Source: Octopus sinensis
Lineage: Eukaryota
Assembly: GCF_006345805.1 (NCBI RefSeq)
Contig: NW_021836126.1
Span: forward strand, 124,001 to 188,000
DNA length: 64,000 nucleotides
Direction of reading: 5' to 3'
Numbering within the stretch: position 1 is the stretch's first letter; the number at the start of each line of letters is the position of its first letter. Below the pieces are notes generated by a model. It had not been told where the DNA came from, ran no database searches, and was given only the letters and a program-made list of their open reading frames with translations. Of this stretch, positions 26,610-41,099 are shown piece after piece. The translations under genes and the position numbers were made by a program.

Positions 26610-26700
26610 AAAATCACGTGTTTTACTCAATTCACTATTTTTTGGCGCAATTTTTGAATCACGTGTTTTAATCAATTCATCATTTTTTGGCGCCATTTTT
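26610..26700. repeat. Two-copy ~45-bp tandem repeat inside MRPL38
   Basis: AATCACGTGTTTTA.TCAATTCA…TTTTTTGGCGC.ATTTTTG x2, encoding K(M/I)APKN.EL.KTRD. Confidence 0.8.
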
Positions 26701-26991
26701 GATTGTGTGGGGAATGAATAGGTGATGCCGATGTTATTGTAGACTGTGTTTTGGTGGGGGTATATTTCTGAGTGGTGAGTGGGGGGTACTTTCGAGTTGG
26801 TCTTGAAGGGAAGGGTCCCCTTCGTCCAGTAGAGTGTCACGGTATGAGGGACGGATTAGTCGGCCGAAATAGGAGACATTTCGATAACGAGACAGCATCA
26901 TGAAAACTTGAAAAAAACAAAAGAATATGCCAACGTAAAACCATTTACAATAAATATATATTTTTTAAATAAATAAACCCTCGAAAGTAAA

Positions 26992-28048
26992 ACCCCTCGA
27001 CATTAAAATCCGAAAAATTAATAAATCGTCATTTTTATTATCAAATTTAGAAAAAAACTTTTGACCATAATATTTTTTTCTATATTTATATATTTACAAA
27101 AGTTTTATAGACCTCGCTCTAGAAATGGAAGCCATCACTCAAAAATCAATTTCCCCGCAAACAATGACCCGCAATTTAAATAAGAATGGTTTAATTGGAA
27201 GAGTAGCAAAGAAAAAACAATTGCTAAGTAAAAAAAACATACTCAAAAGATATGAAATATCGAAAATATTCTTGGTATGTATGATGAAGGATGGAGATCA
27301 GTCATTTTTTCAGACGAGTGTACTTTTGAAGTGTATTATGCACCAAAAAGAAAAATAATATACCGAAAAAGGGGGAAATGAATTCAAAAATTCAAATTAT
27401 CATCCAACTGTTAAGTGTGGTGGCAGCAAAATTATAGGGATGCTTTTCATATTTTGGAATGGGTTCGTTATGTTTCATTGATGAAAAAATAAACTCAGGA
27501 CAATATATAAACATTCTTGCTAACAATCTGGAAAAATCAGCCATTAAAATGGGATTAAACAGCTTATATTCCAGCATTTTCCTGCAAACAAATTAAATTT
27601 ACTCGATTGGCCGGCACAATCCCCCGATATAAATCCCATTGAACATATTTGGTCAAAAATTAAATATGAATTATCGAGGGATGATACAGAAAATCGACCA
27701 AAAAATAAACATCAACAAAAGGATAAAATATTAGAAATTTGGAATAAAATTCCAATTGATTTTATTCGAAAATTAATAAATTAGATGAAAACTCGTAGTT
27801 TAGAGTTATATAAATCGAGAGGAAAGCATATTCCTAACTGATATTTTATTTTTTGACATTTGTCCGGAATTGTGTGTCTTAAAAAAATCGGTTTTTGCTT
27901 TATTCTCAATATTTTAAAAAGATTTATGATAAATATTATAAAATTAAAAAATATAGATGATATTAGCATGGTTAAGTTTTTAATTTCGTAAAATTGATAA
28001 TAAAAAATGACGATTTATTAACTGTCCGGATTTTAATGTCGAGGGGTG
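26992..28048 (+). mobile_element. Tc1/mariner DNA transposon with long TIRs and an internally deleted transposase
   Basis: TIR CCCCTCGACATTAAAATCCG…TTAATAAATCGTCATTTTT at ~26992 and inverted at ~28000-28048 followed by TA. Motifs: KKQLLS, IFSDE, TVK.GG, WPAQSPDINPIEHIW. Confidence 0.9.
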
Positions 28049-28235
28049 TATATAACAAATAGTTTTCTGTATATTTTATTATTTTTATAACAAATCGAGT
28101 AACCTGTTAATACCTATATTATAACACAAGTCAGCTGTGTGCCTTCATTAACTGATTAATGTCAGTTATTGACACATTTGTCCTAATAAAGTGTGATAAT
28201 CCTCCAGTTATTATTACAGTAAAAGAAAAGGCACA

Positions 28236-30607
28236 TTATTCAATCAAAAGTTCATCATTTTCATCAATAGTATTCCCGTCGATATCCCTACCAATATTAA
28301 TATATATATAACTCGATTGTAAAGGCAGGCCGAGAGTAATTACTAAAACTGGCATTGTTGAAATCCCTCATAAGCCTGTCCATTGAGTTATCCTCCCACA
28401 CTACCACTGGCAGGTGGACTGGCTGGGAATGCAAGGAAGGGGGATCCACACTACCCAATCACACATAACTCAACTCGTAGTCCAATCCTTCAGGGTAGCA
28501 CATCCCTGGCACAGAAGACGGGAAAATATGGTGGGCATGTGAAATGAATAATTCAATAATATTGGTAATATCATTATAAAATTGCCTCTCAGATTCAAAA
28601 TAGGAGTTGAAGAGCATTCCAAACACAGTCCCCAGGTTTTTACTGGTCATTTCCCCCACGGACGAATTGTCGGCCACCCTAAAGTGACCCTCTCTCCTTA
28701 CTCTGCAAGAAAATGGAACAAATATCTCAATCTAAGCCAGGCAGTGCGGTCAAGTGACCACACAATCTCTCTGATCTGCCCGACCGAGTCATCCTTGGGA
28801 CTGTGGCCATATCCTTGAAGGTGGAAAGAGGGATGGGGGGTGTCCTGAACCCCCTGAGGTATGCCTTGAAGACAGAGGCATAAGTATTGACATTGGAGTC
28901 CTCCCACTCAATGCCTCCAATGGTGAGGGGGAGTACCTCCTTCGAGACAGGCCATCATTCTGGCCACTTTTTTCTGTGCTCCGGGAATGCGGAAGAGTCC
29001 CTTCGAACTGATGCCCAGTCTCCTGATGTGTTTGATACAAATGAGCATGACTGGGTGGATATCCTCGTTATTACACTTCTAGGAATCACTGGGTGGAGTA
29101 CATCCTCGATCTGTCCTTCAAACATTAGGAATTTGGCAGTCCCCATCCGGCGGCAAAGATCAAAGAGGGAATCAAAACGGGATAATGAACTGCACTCATT
29201 AATCCCATTCATCACCTCGATAGTTCGGCGATGACGTCATAGTCACGTGCGATGATTATTGAGTATATTTTTATTTCATAGTCCAGTTTAGTGAGGTACC
29301 ACTGAGTGGAGAAGAGGTGGAAGTAGGCTCGCCCGTAGTTTCTGAGCAATTGGAGCACACTGGCATTGTTTGTGTTCTCTTTAAAGGATTTTAGAGAACT
29401 TTCGAGAGTAACAATTTCCTATAATAATTAATTTGTATATTTTATAAGTATATAAAAATATATATTTACATTTTGTTCTTTATTTAAAAATTGAATTCTT
29501 AGACTTTTAAGCAACCTGACTTTATTGCCCATCTCCTTGGTCAAGTCGGCGAAGGATTCCTGAATGTTCTACCACGTTAAACCACAAGACCACTTCCAGG
29601 GATATTGGCGGGATTTCATAAGCCTCAAAATGTATTGGCGGGAAATCCTCACTGTCGAAACCAGCCGAGAAACAGGCATCAAGGGAAGCCCTCGTCAGCC
29701 CATTAAAAGACACATGTTTCTGAGTGGTCTCAAAAATGGTGTCAACAAGCCCGGAGACCTGTTCCCGCAGTCCAGTGTTGATTAACTGACCAATAATAAT
29801 ATATTCCCACATTTAATAGACTGGTGAAGCATGTGGTCTTGTAGTACGTCAGGAGGTTGTTTAGACTGAATGTTGTGATTGCACATTTTATGTAATGTTC
29901 TAGAATTTTCCAGTTTGTGCTCGTCAGTTTAATTATAATCTAAATATTCCCGCCAATTTACTTTTTTATTTTTTTGGTCATCCAACGTAAATTTTTGTCG
30001 ATAACGATTAGAAGTGGCCATCAAATGAGTGCAGTTTTGAATGTTCTACACATAGACATGCCACAATACATCATCGAGTTTTTTAATGTTGGAAATAATT
30101 TCCATCCTGGCCATGTCAGTCACATCGGTGACCTAATTTGAGTGAAAAGTGACCCACAATGTCCTGGATTATGGATTGGTGTTCCACCAGCACGTGCAAA
30201 TGGTCCCCGATTGGCTGAATGCACTCCTTCAACAACTTGGCTTCCCTTTCGTACTTTTCGACAGCAAAGTTGGTCATGAGGACTCCAATTTTGGAGAATT
30301 CAGGGGACACCTCGCTGTTTCGACTGGAATATACTTAGGGGACTACTAGTCATCAGCCACCAGGTCTGAGGGGGAGTAGTTCTTAATGTTCAGAAGTGAC
30401 TTTAAATAGTCCTGGCTGTGCTCACTCAGGCTATTTAAGGCACATTTCCACTGATCACCGATTTTGATGACCCAGTCCACCTTACTGCACAGATATTCGT
30501 GCATGTTGTCCATTTTCCCCACGTTTACTGTTGTTTTCTGCCCCACCAGGAATACCTTGGGATATGCCTTGTATTCTCTTCACGTCTGACCTTCCAAACG
30601 ACTGCAT
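28236..30607 (-). CDS. F-BAR-like coiled-coil plus RhoGAP protein (srGAP/ARHGAP4-like), multi-exon
   Basis: RhoGAP motifs YASVFKAYLR, LRYLFHFL and MTSKNLGTVFG. Upstream exons join in frame through introns (…PPISLEV|NIQESF…EMGNK|EIVTLE…ELS|SSLSRF…). FPPIHFE and WYLTKL resemble srGAP F-BAR-extension segments. The start codon is uncertain. Confidence 0.6.
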
Positions 30608-31259
30608 GCTCTATCCAATTGCGCTGTTTATTCTTATTTATACCTGCGGTTATTAATACACATTACCCTCTTCTGCTTTTAATTCTATTAAAATATTTCC
30701 TATCATTATTTCTACACTTTAAATATATGTAATATTAATGTATATATTTTTTTAATTTATATTATTTTTAAAAAAGTACCTTTTCGTTGACCTTGGTTGG
30801 AGAGGTATCTAATTGCCTAAGAAAGCAAAGCCAGTTTATTAACATAAAAATAATCATTGATCGATCGTTAAGTGTCTAATTAATATTCTGCATTTTTCTC
30901 TCATTTCATATATTTCCTGTCTTATCACAGCCGCCTGCTCATCCAACTAGAAATATAAATTGCCACTTGCCTTATTAGATAGGCCACTCTTTTCTATTTC
31001 CGACTCCATTCTGACTGCCTCTATATTCCTAACGTGACTAAACATGCTCAGACAAACCTCAATTTTGAATTTTTACTTTTTATGTTCAGCAATAAAGACT
31101 TGACTTGTTTATAGTTGATTGAGCAGTGGAGGTCAGTAGAGACGTCAAAGTACTGCCTGGGGGTAGGCCGTTCTCTTAAATTAAGAAATGTCAATAGTTA
31201 CTTGGGAATAATTGATAAATTAATTTCAGTTTGATTAATACTAGTTTTATTTTATTATT

Positions 31260-34038
31260 TTACTTTTCGATATTTTTAATAAATTTTAAATTCGAATTGT
31301 TTGTTGTGGTGTTTTGTTGTAACTCGACACTATTTATTACTTAGACTACATTTCTAACTCTAAATGACTATTTTCTGTATTTTTATCAACTTTTTTGACT
31401 TTTGATCTCCACTTTTTAATCACCATTCGACTCAGTCTTTCAATTTTGTCATCTGTCTATCAAAAAGTTAACATTTAGTCAAAATACTTGTTTTTTAGTC
31501 CTCAATATGAACTCCTGTTTATATTTAGTCACCGTCTCAGAGTAATTAAGCCATTTCACTGAGCAAGAACATCTAAGCCAATCCAAATATGTTTTCTGGG
31601 CATTTTTCCGAGCCAGTTTTTTATTTCTTTTTAACTCGACGTGATTTTTCCAGGAATTAAAAGCCTGGGTCATAAAAATAGTTCATTTGGAGACCTTTTC
31701 TGTCAGTTTGTTCCCCCAATGGTAAAATGCTGTGTTCTGAGGGCCGTTTATGGCCTGTGCGTTCTCGAATGAGTACTTCCAGCGGATTAAAGTCTTTGAA
31801 AATACAAAAAATCTCTTAATTTGCTCGCTTTGGTTAATTAGGGACTATTTTTGTTTTGATACAAATTGATTTTATACTTTTTTGTGTGTTTTAGTCACGT
31901 GGTGTTTGACTAGTGTGTTGAAGTGGTACCTCAGTGTTCTCAATTTGTTCAACTGGACTGATTTTGTCCATTTTTTGTCAAATTTTTGTTTTTCTCGAAC
32001 GATTTGAACCCAAGTTTTCAAAACAAGTCCCTTTCGGTCTAAAAAGTTAATTAAAAAAGCAAATGAAACATTTTTCGGCCAATTCTTGTCCAGAATTAGC
32101 AATTGATGCAAGACATGCCCTCCTCCTTGCTTTGTATCGGCAATATTGTCTCCATTCCGAGATTGCCTTAGTTTTAATAGGTTAGACAACCTGTCTCACA
32201 AGGTTGTCCTCTTGGAAGGAATAAATGACGATAATCTGACTTTTGAGGAATTTTATGTAATTGTGATAATATTTCCATTCGTTTAAATATTTACTGTTCA
32301 TTATTTGTTTATTGATACTTTAATATGAAGGTGTTTTCGATTTGTTTGAAAACTGAAAATGCACCACGTAAACACAAATTTCGATCAAAATGTTCCCTCC
32401 ATAAATTAAAACGATTAAATAATTGTATTTTTTTCATATCACAATTATTTAATTTTCTATAATATTAAATTAAAAATATTAAATACAATTTTTTCTGATA
32501 GTTTACATATTTAACCCAAAAAACAAAAAAATATTTTTTACAATTCCTCTCATAGAATGCAATCGAAAGTTCTAGAATTTTCTTATCCCCAAGTCTCTTC
32601 TCTGCACTATTTCTCCACGTCCCAAAAGCAGTGCAAAGCCTCCCCCGAAGTCCTCCAAGCACACTCTAGAAAGGACTGGGCAAATAAACAGTACAATCCT
32701 CTCCAGGATTCGCAGAGTTCTGTGGAGACTGCACATTTCTCTCCACACTGATAATTGTTTCTTTGTTGTCAATATTCTGATTGTTTTTAGTATAAATACT
32801 TTATTTGTTTGTGTGAATTATTTGTTATTTGTTTTTTTCGCGCTCTTTCTTTACAATATTTTTGCCAACAATCAATTGCGCGGGTCAATTTGAAGCACCT
32901 GTCCTTTCTTGTGGCGTACTCGAGTTGATTCTAGTGCTGTATGGCATATTCAGACTCACTCTGTGTTGTTCTGCTTGGCTATATCTTTCCCTCAGTCTCT
33001 GGAAAAAATAGTTTATGGTGTTGTAGGCAAGCATGGACACACTTTGTCTATAGTGCAGTAGAGTAAGATCCTGTTTTGGGTCGTTCTTTTGGTCTTGGAG
33101 CTGATCCAGCTTTAGAAGCCAGAGATTGACTGTTGATTGTAATCGTAGTCCCACAAGAAATATATTTGATTTGGCGGACTTTTCAGAACATTTTATTGAT
33201 ATTTTAAAAGTGGTTAACCACTGGAAAAAAATTCGATTTTTAACATTATTTTGTACAATTTTAATGTTTTTCTCTATAAAATATAAAATTAGTCAAATAA
33301 ACCTCGTTTTAACAAATTTAAAGAACAATTTGATTTCCATTCGGCGAAATATTCGATTAAGATTTTCCTACTTTCCAATTTTTGGCATTTTTTTGATATT
33401 CTTTTAATTTCCAATCTTTTTTCGATAATTTTACGAAACCCTTCGAGCCAAATTATAAAACATTTTCTTTAAATTATTTAATTTTATTATACCTTTCGTT
33501 TTTTAATTTTAATAAATTAATTGTAGAAATTATTTTCCTTTCGAAATATAATTTCAATTTAAATATTTCCCTCCATTTATAGTATATTCTAATCAACGTA
33601 CCCCTTCGATGTGTGACATTTTGAAGATATTTAATTTCACGTTTTTTGACCGAATTTTGATGGAAAATTCTCCATTTTACCCAACAATTCTTTAAAAGTG
33701 TCATCCTTTTCTATACTATTGAGTACCTAACCTTTCAGCCATCTGTGCTTTGATCATCAGCCTCCATTCCTTTCTTTCTACCCACCAGATTAGTCTCCAG
33801 CACTTGAAAGTGTGTCGACAGATCTGAATGTTCTTGAATTGAATGGCCTTAGTAGGCATAATCCTCCCAAATGTCTTCTTCTTCCACAATAAAACATATT
33901 TCCTTGCCAGAATTCTAAAAAGAGGGAATAATAAGTTCACCTTGTCCTCAGTTCTTTCATTCTCCCGCCCAAATGCCATCGATAGTTGGGTGGACGTTGA
34001 ACAAACTTATTGTCCCACACTGACAGTCTCGTTGACAT
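31260..34038 (-). CDS. SFI1-like centrin-binding repeat protein, multi-exon
   Basis: Repeated helical units ending in W-K/R (…RHTFKCWR, …LIRIYYKWR, …LCTAFGTWR, …TQAFNSWK). Start MSTRLSVW and micro-introns. Confidence 0.65.
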
Positions 34039-34559
34039 GGAAATAATATTTTATGAGTAATCTCTTCGACGGCATCTATTAGTGGAACTTCCAAAGCAAT
34101 TCTGGCCTTTTTTTTCAGTTTATGGTCACTCTTAATCGAGCTGTGATGCGAGTTGATTCGTAGTTTGCCAGAATATTAAGAACTGTATATGTATGACAAA
34201 CCACCATTCCAAGACCATATTCAAATATTTAGGAACTGTCCTTCAGTCGTCATCGTTGACTCTGGCAGCAATCGTTGACTCTGGAGAGGAACCGAAAGAT
34301 GTGCATTTCCACCAACTCATAAATAAAGTAGCAGCAGATTCCCATGCGTTATAACTTTGATGAGTAGTTAATTATGAGGGTCAAACAAGTTGTATCTCTA
34401 GTTGTTTATATTCAAAAATATACAAAAATAACTATACCACGGCTATTCATTTTACTCTATTTATGCCATCTCAGACACGATTTAGTGGTAGAACGATTTT
34501 TAATATGTGATATACCAAACTGTGATTTGGATAATAAATCAAGCAAGATAATTTGTGCT

Positions 34560-35385
34560 CTTCATTTAGTGGAGAAATATTCCTCAATTTGTACAGACAA
34601 TCCATTCTTCTGACACTCTTTTCTGTGTCAGTTCAAAATAGTAGAAAAATAAAGACTATCTCTTCCAAGTAGATTGGAAATATTCCAAAAATCAAACAAA
34701 ATCATTTCTGTAAAAAATCCGAATGTTCTATCAGCCATACACCCACTAAATTTAGTTTTATACTCTTTCTTTATGCTATTCCAAACGGCTATGACAGCAT
34801 GTGACATTACGATGATAAAACTCTCACGGAGGCTACAAATCTAACAATATTATAACCCATGCCATAACACGACAAAAAGGCCACATCAAACCCAAATTCA
34901 TGCATTTGCCAGTAACCGTTTTATACTGATAATTAAATGATGTCAAATCCTTGCTGAACGGAATTTTAAATACGATTCGAATTGGCTTTGAAGTGAAATA
35001 CAAGACGGCGGTCTGTAAAATACACTTCCCGCCTCCAAGCCTCAACAATCTCCCGAAAGGAGACAAATCTTTTGGAACCAATATTTTTGCATATTTACAA
35101 ATAGGAGACTGCCTCAAGTGCTAACCTTTTATTAAAAGTAAAAAAAACAAGACACGTTGGATCTAGAAAAGATTTTAGTGCAAATATAGATAATCTAATA
35201 TTCTTCAAATCTCCCAAAATCTGATAAATCAACTCGAGAGCACTGTCTAATTCGAGATTACGTGATTTTGGGGTTGTGTCTGCCAGACCACTCGTCCCCG
35301 ACAAACTGCTTAAAAATCTGGAAACTGGAATTGAAAGTTTTTTAATCGAAAAACTAACTCTCTTAACTATCACGTTGATTGACAT
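34560..35385 (-). CDS. Hypothetical multi-exon gene, product unknown
   Basis: Two adjacent ORFs (35095-35385 and 34833-35117) can be joined by a ~23-nt GT-AG intron. No recognisable motif. Confidence 0.3.
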
Positions 35386-35739
35386 TTTAATTTCCTGTTT
35401 TCAAATTAAATACATTGGTAGAATTATTCGAGATAACTTCTAGACAGGGACTTTTCATGAAAAACTGCAATGATTTGATAGCAAATTTACTATTTAACAA
35501 AAAAAGAATGAATAATAAATGAATGAATCAGAAAAAAAGCTTACAAAACTGATTTTTTTCTGCTTTTCTTTAATAGGAAACATTTTTAATGAATTAATTC
35601 CAACATTTTAAAAATATTTGTTTAAATTTTTTGCATTCTTTAAAAAGCTATATCCAGAAAAAAAAGAATTGGACAATTATATTGTCCATAAAGTTAAAGG
35701 TTACAAAATAATTAAATTTTAAGAATCCAATTTCACATA

Positions 35740-37330
35740 TTATAAACAAAAAATATTCGAATTGCAAGTAATAACAGGCTTTATACAATATATATTTAAT
35801 TAATTGTTCAAACCAAAAAATGACGGATGATCTCGTTAATTCCTATGTGCAGGTTTATAACCAAGAAATAGAAAGAGTCACAGTAATATCTCTTAATAGT
35901 ATTGCAGAACTTCACAAAAACCACAGACTTTATAATAATGCATCAAGAAACTATATCAATAAATTTATGTATCAAAATCATACCAAGACTACTACAGTAA
36001 GTCACTTCATTTAAATTAATTAAATGGATAATTTTTGTCCACTGCCGAGTTTTTTGTGAACTGAAAAAAGTGTGAAAATAGATGCACAGCAATTTTACAT
36101 GGAAAAAATTATATATGCTGAGCACAGAGATTTGGGTTTTGGTCAAATAATCTTTTTGATTGTCAATCCCGAATTGGCATTTTAATTCTGGAATGAGCAG
36201 CTTTTGTTTAGAATAAAGAGTTTTCAGATAATTATTTCTCACAGTCCTGTCAAACAGAGATTCTCTTAATAGGCCCTGCATTAAAACATATTTATAACGG
36301 GACAAATATATTTTTGTGGGAATCGTACAGTGGTGAATGATTTTTTTGAAATGGAACAATTATTCTTAGTATGTTAGATATTAAAAGAATTTGTGTTGGA
36401 ATGACATTCTTTCTCTATAGCTATTTGGAATGTGAAGATCTGACTTTTAAAAAGCGAATTTCTAAATTTAATCGTTTGGTATTATTTCATCCTTTGATGA
36501 AAAGTTGAAGTTGGAATAAAATTAATCGGTACAGAAAATAGATTATAAATAATAAGGAGATTAAAAATTAAGATTTTTCAATGTAAAATTTACAGAAATT
36601 GAATCAAATTTTAATATAGATAAAACATACAAAAAAATAAAGTCGATAAATTGTAAAAATCAATGTATATAATAGAAAAGGAAAGATATCATACAAAAAG
36701 ATGCATTCAATTAAAATTAAATTATTAAAAAATGGACACATTAACTTGTAAAATAACTTTTCTCAAGATATTCTACATGTACCCAATATTTAATCTTCAA
36801 TAAAATGCATATACAAAATTATATTTAAAAAAATGTTGAATAACAAATAATAATCAACTATCGAAAATAGAACAAGCTGATGAAAATAATAATCGATGAA
36901 AATAATGATTCAATATTTATATTTTTTAATTATTAAAAAAAATAATATTTATAGAAAATATAAGTTAAAGTTTGTATAACTTAATTTCAGAAAAACTGTT
37001 AAAACTTAGACTATCAGCCTGGATCACTGTTTGCCGACTTTATTCTGGCAATTGACTTTGTGCTGTTCCTTTGAGCTACGCCGGATCTTTTGTTGATGAC
37101 AAATCCGCCAGATCGCAATTTGACTCCTTCCGTGTCTTTAAATAAGCCAGCCTTATTTTTTGATGCGAGAAAGTTATGGCCTATAAGAAACTTTACCCTC
37201 TCTTTTGCAAACTGATTGTGGATAGATTACTTTGTTATCCCCCACGACATTGTCAGTGGAGCCTTGATTCAATGGCTTTCGTTCAATTCTACAGCCTGTG
37301 GGTCTCAATCACGGAACTGGACGACGCTTT
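35740..37330. repeat. Copy A of an unclassified modular repeat/degenerate gene family
   Basis: 36045-37330 is highly similar to 49678-51000. 35740-36030 is similar to 37930-38300. 36330-36990 is similar to 53733-54410, with diverged pieces at ~38575-38720 and ~48520-48870. Confidence 0.85.
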
Positions 37331-37929
37331 TCCATATCGGAAAAACCAATGTAATGTTTGCGAAAAAAACAAAAGAATTAGACAATTAAATTACAGAATT
37401 AGATATTATGACTCACAAAACTTATATTTCCATATTTTTTCTAGCATGAACTTACTAAAACATGCCAAAATACTCTTTGGGTGATTTTCAGGAATGCAAG
37501 TCTAATTAGCTGTATTAAATAAATGAATATAATACTGAATTGCAGAACTTTTATAATGTTCTTCATTTTTCTGATCATTTACCAAACTCTTTCCATACTT
37601 ACTAGCAGGGAATGCCTAGTTTTGACATTCATTTAATATTTTAGATTAACTTAAGTAATTTTTTCTTTATTTTCACTTTTAAATTTGATGTAAGGTTAAC
37701 TGGAGATAATATTACTATCGATTGTGGGGTACGTTTCGCCCCTCTAACTTATTTAGAAAAAAATACTTGATGTGATTCATAGAGCAGGTCCCGGTTTTGG
37801 TAAGTTTGTTACTTTTCATATCTAGAGCCAAATATCGATGGTTTTTATTCTTTAGTATGTTATCATATTTTCAAATTGTTAGGAAGTGGCCTTAGAATAT
37901 TGCTTAGACATCATATATAAAAATCTCAC

Positions 37930-38720
37930 AGTTAAAGGTTATAAAATAATTACATTTTACATATTATGAACAAAACATATTTGAATTGCAAGTAATTAAC
38001 GGATGGTCTCGTTAATTCCTATGTGCAGGTTTATAACCAAGAAATAGAAAGAATCACAGTAATATCTCTTAATAGTATTGTAGAACTTCACAAAAACCAC
38101 AGACTTTATAATAATGCATCAAGAAACGATTATATATCAATAGTGGTTTTGTTCAGTTTTTTAATATTCTAGAGATCAGTAAATTACGAAATACACGAAG
38201 CCTCTCACACTTTATTGAATTTTCTGAATAATAATTATACCCAGACTACTTAAAGAGGTCACTTTACTTAAATTAATTAGATGGATAATTTTTCGGGGTT
38301 AACTATAATCATTGAGACTGAAACTTCCGGTTCCTTGGCCAGCTTCGTTCAGGAGATCGGGTCCCCCATGTCTGCTATCACAGACGACATCCGCAAATCA
38401 AGATGGTTTTTCGAGCGGATATCCCTTGCGATAGTACGCTCTAATTCTCTCTCGCTCGCGTCGGCTTCCCGTCCATGAAGCTTTCAACACTTGACCGAAT
38501 TCTTTTTTTGTAATAAAAATATTTAAAATTAAAAAAAACTATAATCATTATAAAATTTTTTTTGGTCAAAATAGATAATTGTAGAAGTATCTAAACGGAA
38601 TCATTATTCTTAGTATGTAAGATGTTAAGAGAATTTGTTTTGAAATTTGATTCTTTCTCTTCAGCTATCAAAGATATGAAAATCTGACTTTTAAAAGCGA
38701 TTTTATAAATTTATTTCTTT
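37930..38720. repeat. Diverged copy of the same repeat family, interrupted by a CRE tail
   Basis: Shares CTCGTTAATTCCTATGTGCAGGTTTATAACCAAGAAATAG… with 35830-35950 and ATTATTCTTAGTATG…ATCTGACTTTTAAAAGCG with 36360-36455. Confidence 0.75.
38325..38520 (+). mobile_element. Short CRE-like RLE 3' tail
   Basis: …FVQEIGS…SRWFFERISLAIVRSNSLS…*, followed by a T/A-rich tail. Confidence 0.6.
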
Positions 38721-38827
38721 GTTATTATTTAAAGCAGCGTTTATCAAGCAATTTTTTAATTAGGTCAATTTTTGAATAAAATTTTATCGACTGGAATAAA
38801 GTCGGATCAATTTGCACTGACGCATAT

Positions 38828-38932
38828 TAACGGATAACTCCAAATAGAATGACCAAAAATTCTTAAAAATACTCATACTATTCGGATGGTCACATTATTT
38901 AGAGTGGTCATATTATTTGAAGTTATCCGTTA
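38828..38932. repeat. Small inverted repeat (MITE-like)
   Basis: TAACGGATAACTCCAAATA (38828-38846) is an 18/19 inverted match to TATTTGAAGTTATCCGTTA (38914-38932). Confidence 0.6.
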
Positions 38933-39123
38933 GTAGAAGTAAAGAAATCTCCTTTAGTATCATTTTGTCAAATTATCAATATTGATGAAAAAGCGAATTA
39001 GAGGCTATTTGACTTTTTTATTGTTGTATAAATTGGAGTGACTTTTGAAAGTTCGAATTATTTCCTTATTATTAGTTTTAATTCAATAATTAAAAATTAA
39101 ATAAATTATATATTCTTTGTGAC

Positions 39124-39801
39124 ATGAGTCGCTCTTACAATTCGAGAGATCCTTGTAATCTGTTTTAATCACATTTAAGCTGTCAAACGATTACTTTTAG
39201 AAGCAAAAGAACTCCGCAATCCCTCCGAGCTGTACTATGCCCAACCAACCGAGGAGTCACTCTTCGACTGGCACTTCACCCTCGCCGGTCCAAAAGGATC
39301 TGATTTCGAAGGAGGTCTCTACCACGGCCGTATCACAATCCCCCACAACTACCCAATGTCCCCACCTTCTTTTTCCTTCCTCAACGTACCTCTCCTTTCT
39401 ATCTCAGCCGAGTGGTCGATTTGAATTAAACAAGAGGATTTGTCTAAGCATATCGGACTACCATCCAGAACAGTGGCAGCCTTCCTGGACAAGTGGGGAC
39501 CATTCACTTATTTGTGTTAGTAAGGACTGCTCTGTTGGGAATTATATCCCTCTTCCCTGTCCCTTTTGATGGTTCTGTTGGCAGTCTTAATTGCTCTTCG
39601 GAAGAAAGGAGGAGACTTGCAGGCCAATCTTGTATGTATGAATGTTCTCTCTGCGGGCCACTTAGAGGACTTCTCGAAGGGGTAAGAGAGGATATGCCTT
39701 TCTACGTGGAGGAGGTGAATGCCCGAGGTGTGTCCTGGACTACATTGATAGCCGTTATATCTCTTGTGGTCATTTTTATGGCTTTTATTACATTTAAATA
39801 A
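39124..39801 (+). CDS. UBE2J1: Ubiquitin-conjugating enzyme E2 J1 (tail-anchored, ERAD)
   Basis: AVKRLLLEAKEL, LFDWHFTLAGP..SDFEGGLYHGRI, GRFELNKRICLSISDYHPEQWQPSW, and a C-terminal TM helix. Introns of 25, 22 and 28 nt. Confidence 0.92.
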
Positions 39802-39899
39802 TATATCTTATAATAACCTTTATATTTATGACAGTACAAACTATACCCATAATGGCCACAACTAAGCAAATTTTCTCAATGTCAAATTAACTTATTAAT

Positions 39900-40800
39900 A
39901 GATCAAGCACAATTATTATTTCTGACTGTTATCTAACTTCTTGAATTCAAGTTAATTTTTGGAAACTTGAATTCGAATTTATTTTAGTTGATTAAAAACG
40001 TTTACTAATAGTTTCGGAAGTGTATTAAAGTTCAGCTGCTTCTAAATCAGTATTTCCTGAAACAGTATTTAATCCAGGAATTCCACAATATTTCTCAAAA
40101 AGTGTTTGATTTAAGTTAAAACAAATAATTCACCTGTAGCTGAGTCAGGTGTTTGATTGTACAAAAACACAGCCTTTCTTATGTGTTTTATTCACTCTTT
40201 GTTGTCATCCAAACTCACAATTTTTGATTAAATTGTTCAACAATTCCGTGGATTGTTTTGTCTTCCATGTACTTGTTAAATACAAAACTCTTCACATACT
40301 TTTGTTTTGAATTCTGTTCCGTTGTCTAATTGGAGAAACTTTCAAGGACCAAAAATATTTAAATTAGTCGCCATCGTTACTCCATTTTTATTTTTATACA
40401 GACATTAACCAAGAAAAATTGTTATTTTCATTTTTTAATCTAGAAAATAAGCTAATTTTATACCGTCAAATCAGCAGCAATATGATTCAATTCATCATAT
40501 TGTTTTAGTAAAACTGAAAAGCAGATATTGCATTCTTAACACCTTGGCAAATGATCTGTCTTCTCAATATAAAAAATCTTCGCATTCATCAGGCTTCCAA
40601 AGCATTATGTCCACAATGATCGGCTTCATGAATTTCACTACAATTATTTCCAACTCTTCTTAGCTCGTGGAAACAATTACGAGTTTGCGTAAGTCGAAAT
40701 TTTCTGATTTCTTTTCGAGTCAATATTTCTTATGTTTAGAAAGATCAACCTACTCATTGAAAATCTCAGGAAATTATATCCATCTTGATCTTTTACAAAC
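39900..40800 (-). mobile_element. Highly decayed Ginger/TDD-like integrase remnant
   Basis: HCGHNALE…C.EC, FGP…(L)DNGTEFK, HGR…GIVEQFNQ pieces among stops and frameshifts. Confidence 0.6.
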
Positions 40801-41099
40801 AAACCCGACATGACAAAGTGAAGACAAAGTTATGCTAGCGTAAATAATATTTTATCTGGGTGAATATAGTATGCCGGCAAAAAATTATTTACATCTTTTA
40901 TGGAATAATAAAAAAATGCGAATAACGTCAAGAATAATCCGAATATGATGATTCTTTTATAGAATATTCACCAATCAAACTGACAAGCGTCAAAGTCGCT
41001 ATCTAAGCTCTATCCCACGCTTAGCTCATAATAAACAAAAATTTAAAACAAATTTTCTTATTTAAAAGACAAAAAATAACCAAATTAAAAGTGGAATAA

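Noticed and set aside
31100-31180. GC-rich patch that might be a small ncRNA
   Set aside because: No snRNA, SL, SRP or RNase P/MRP signature and no convincing stem structure recognised.
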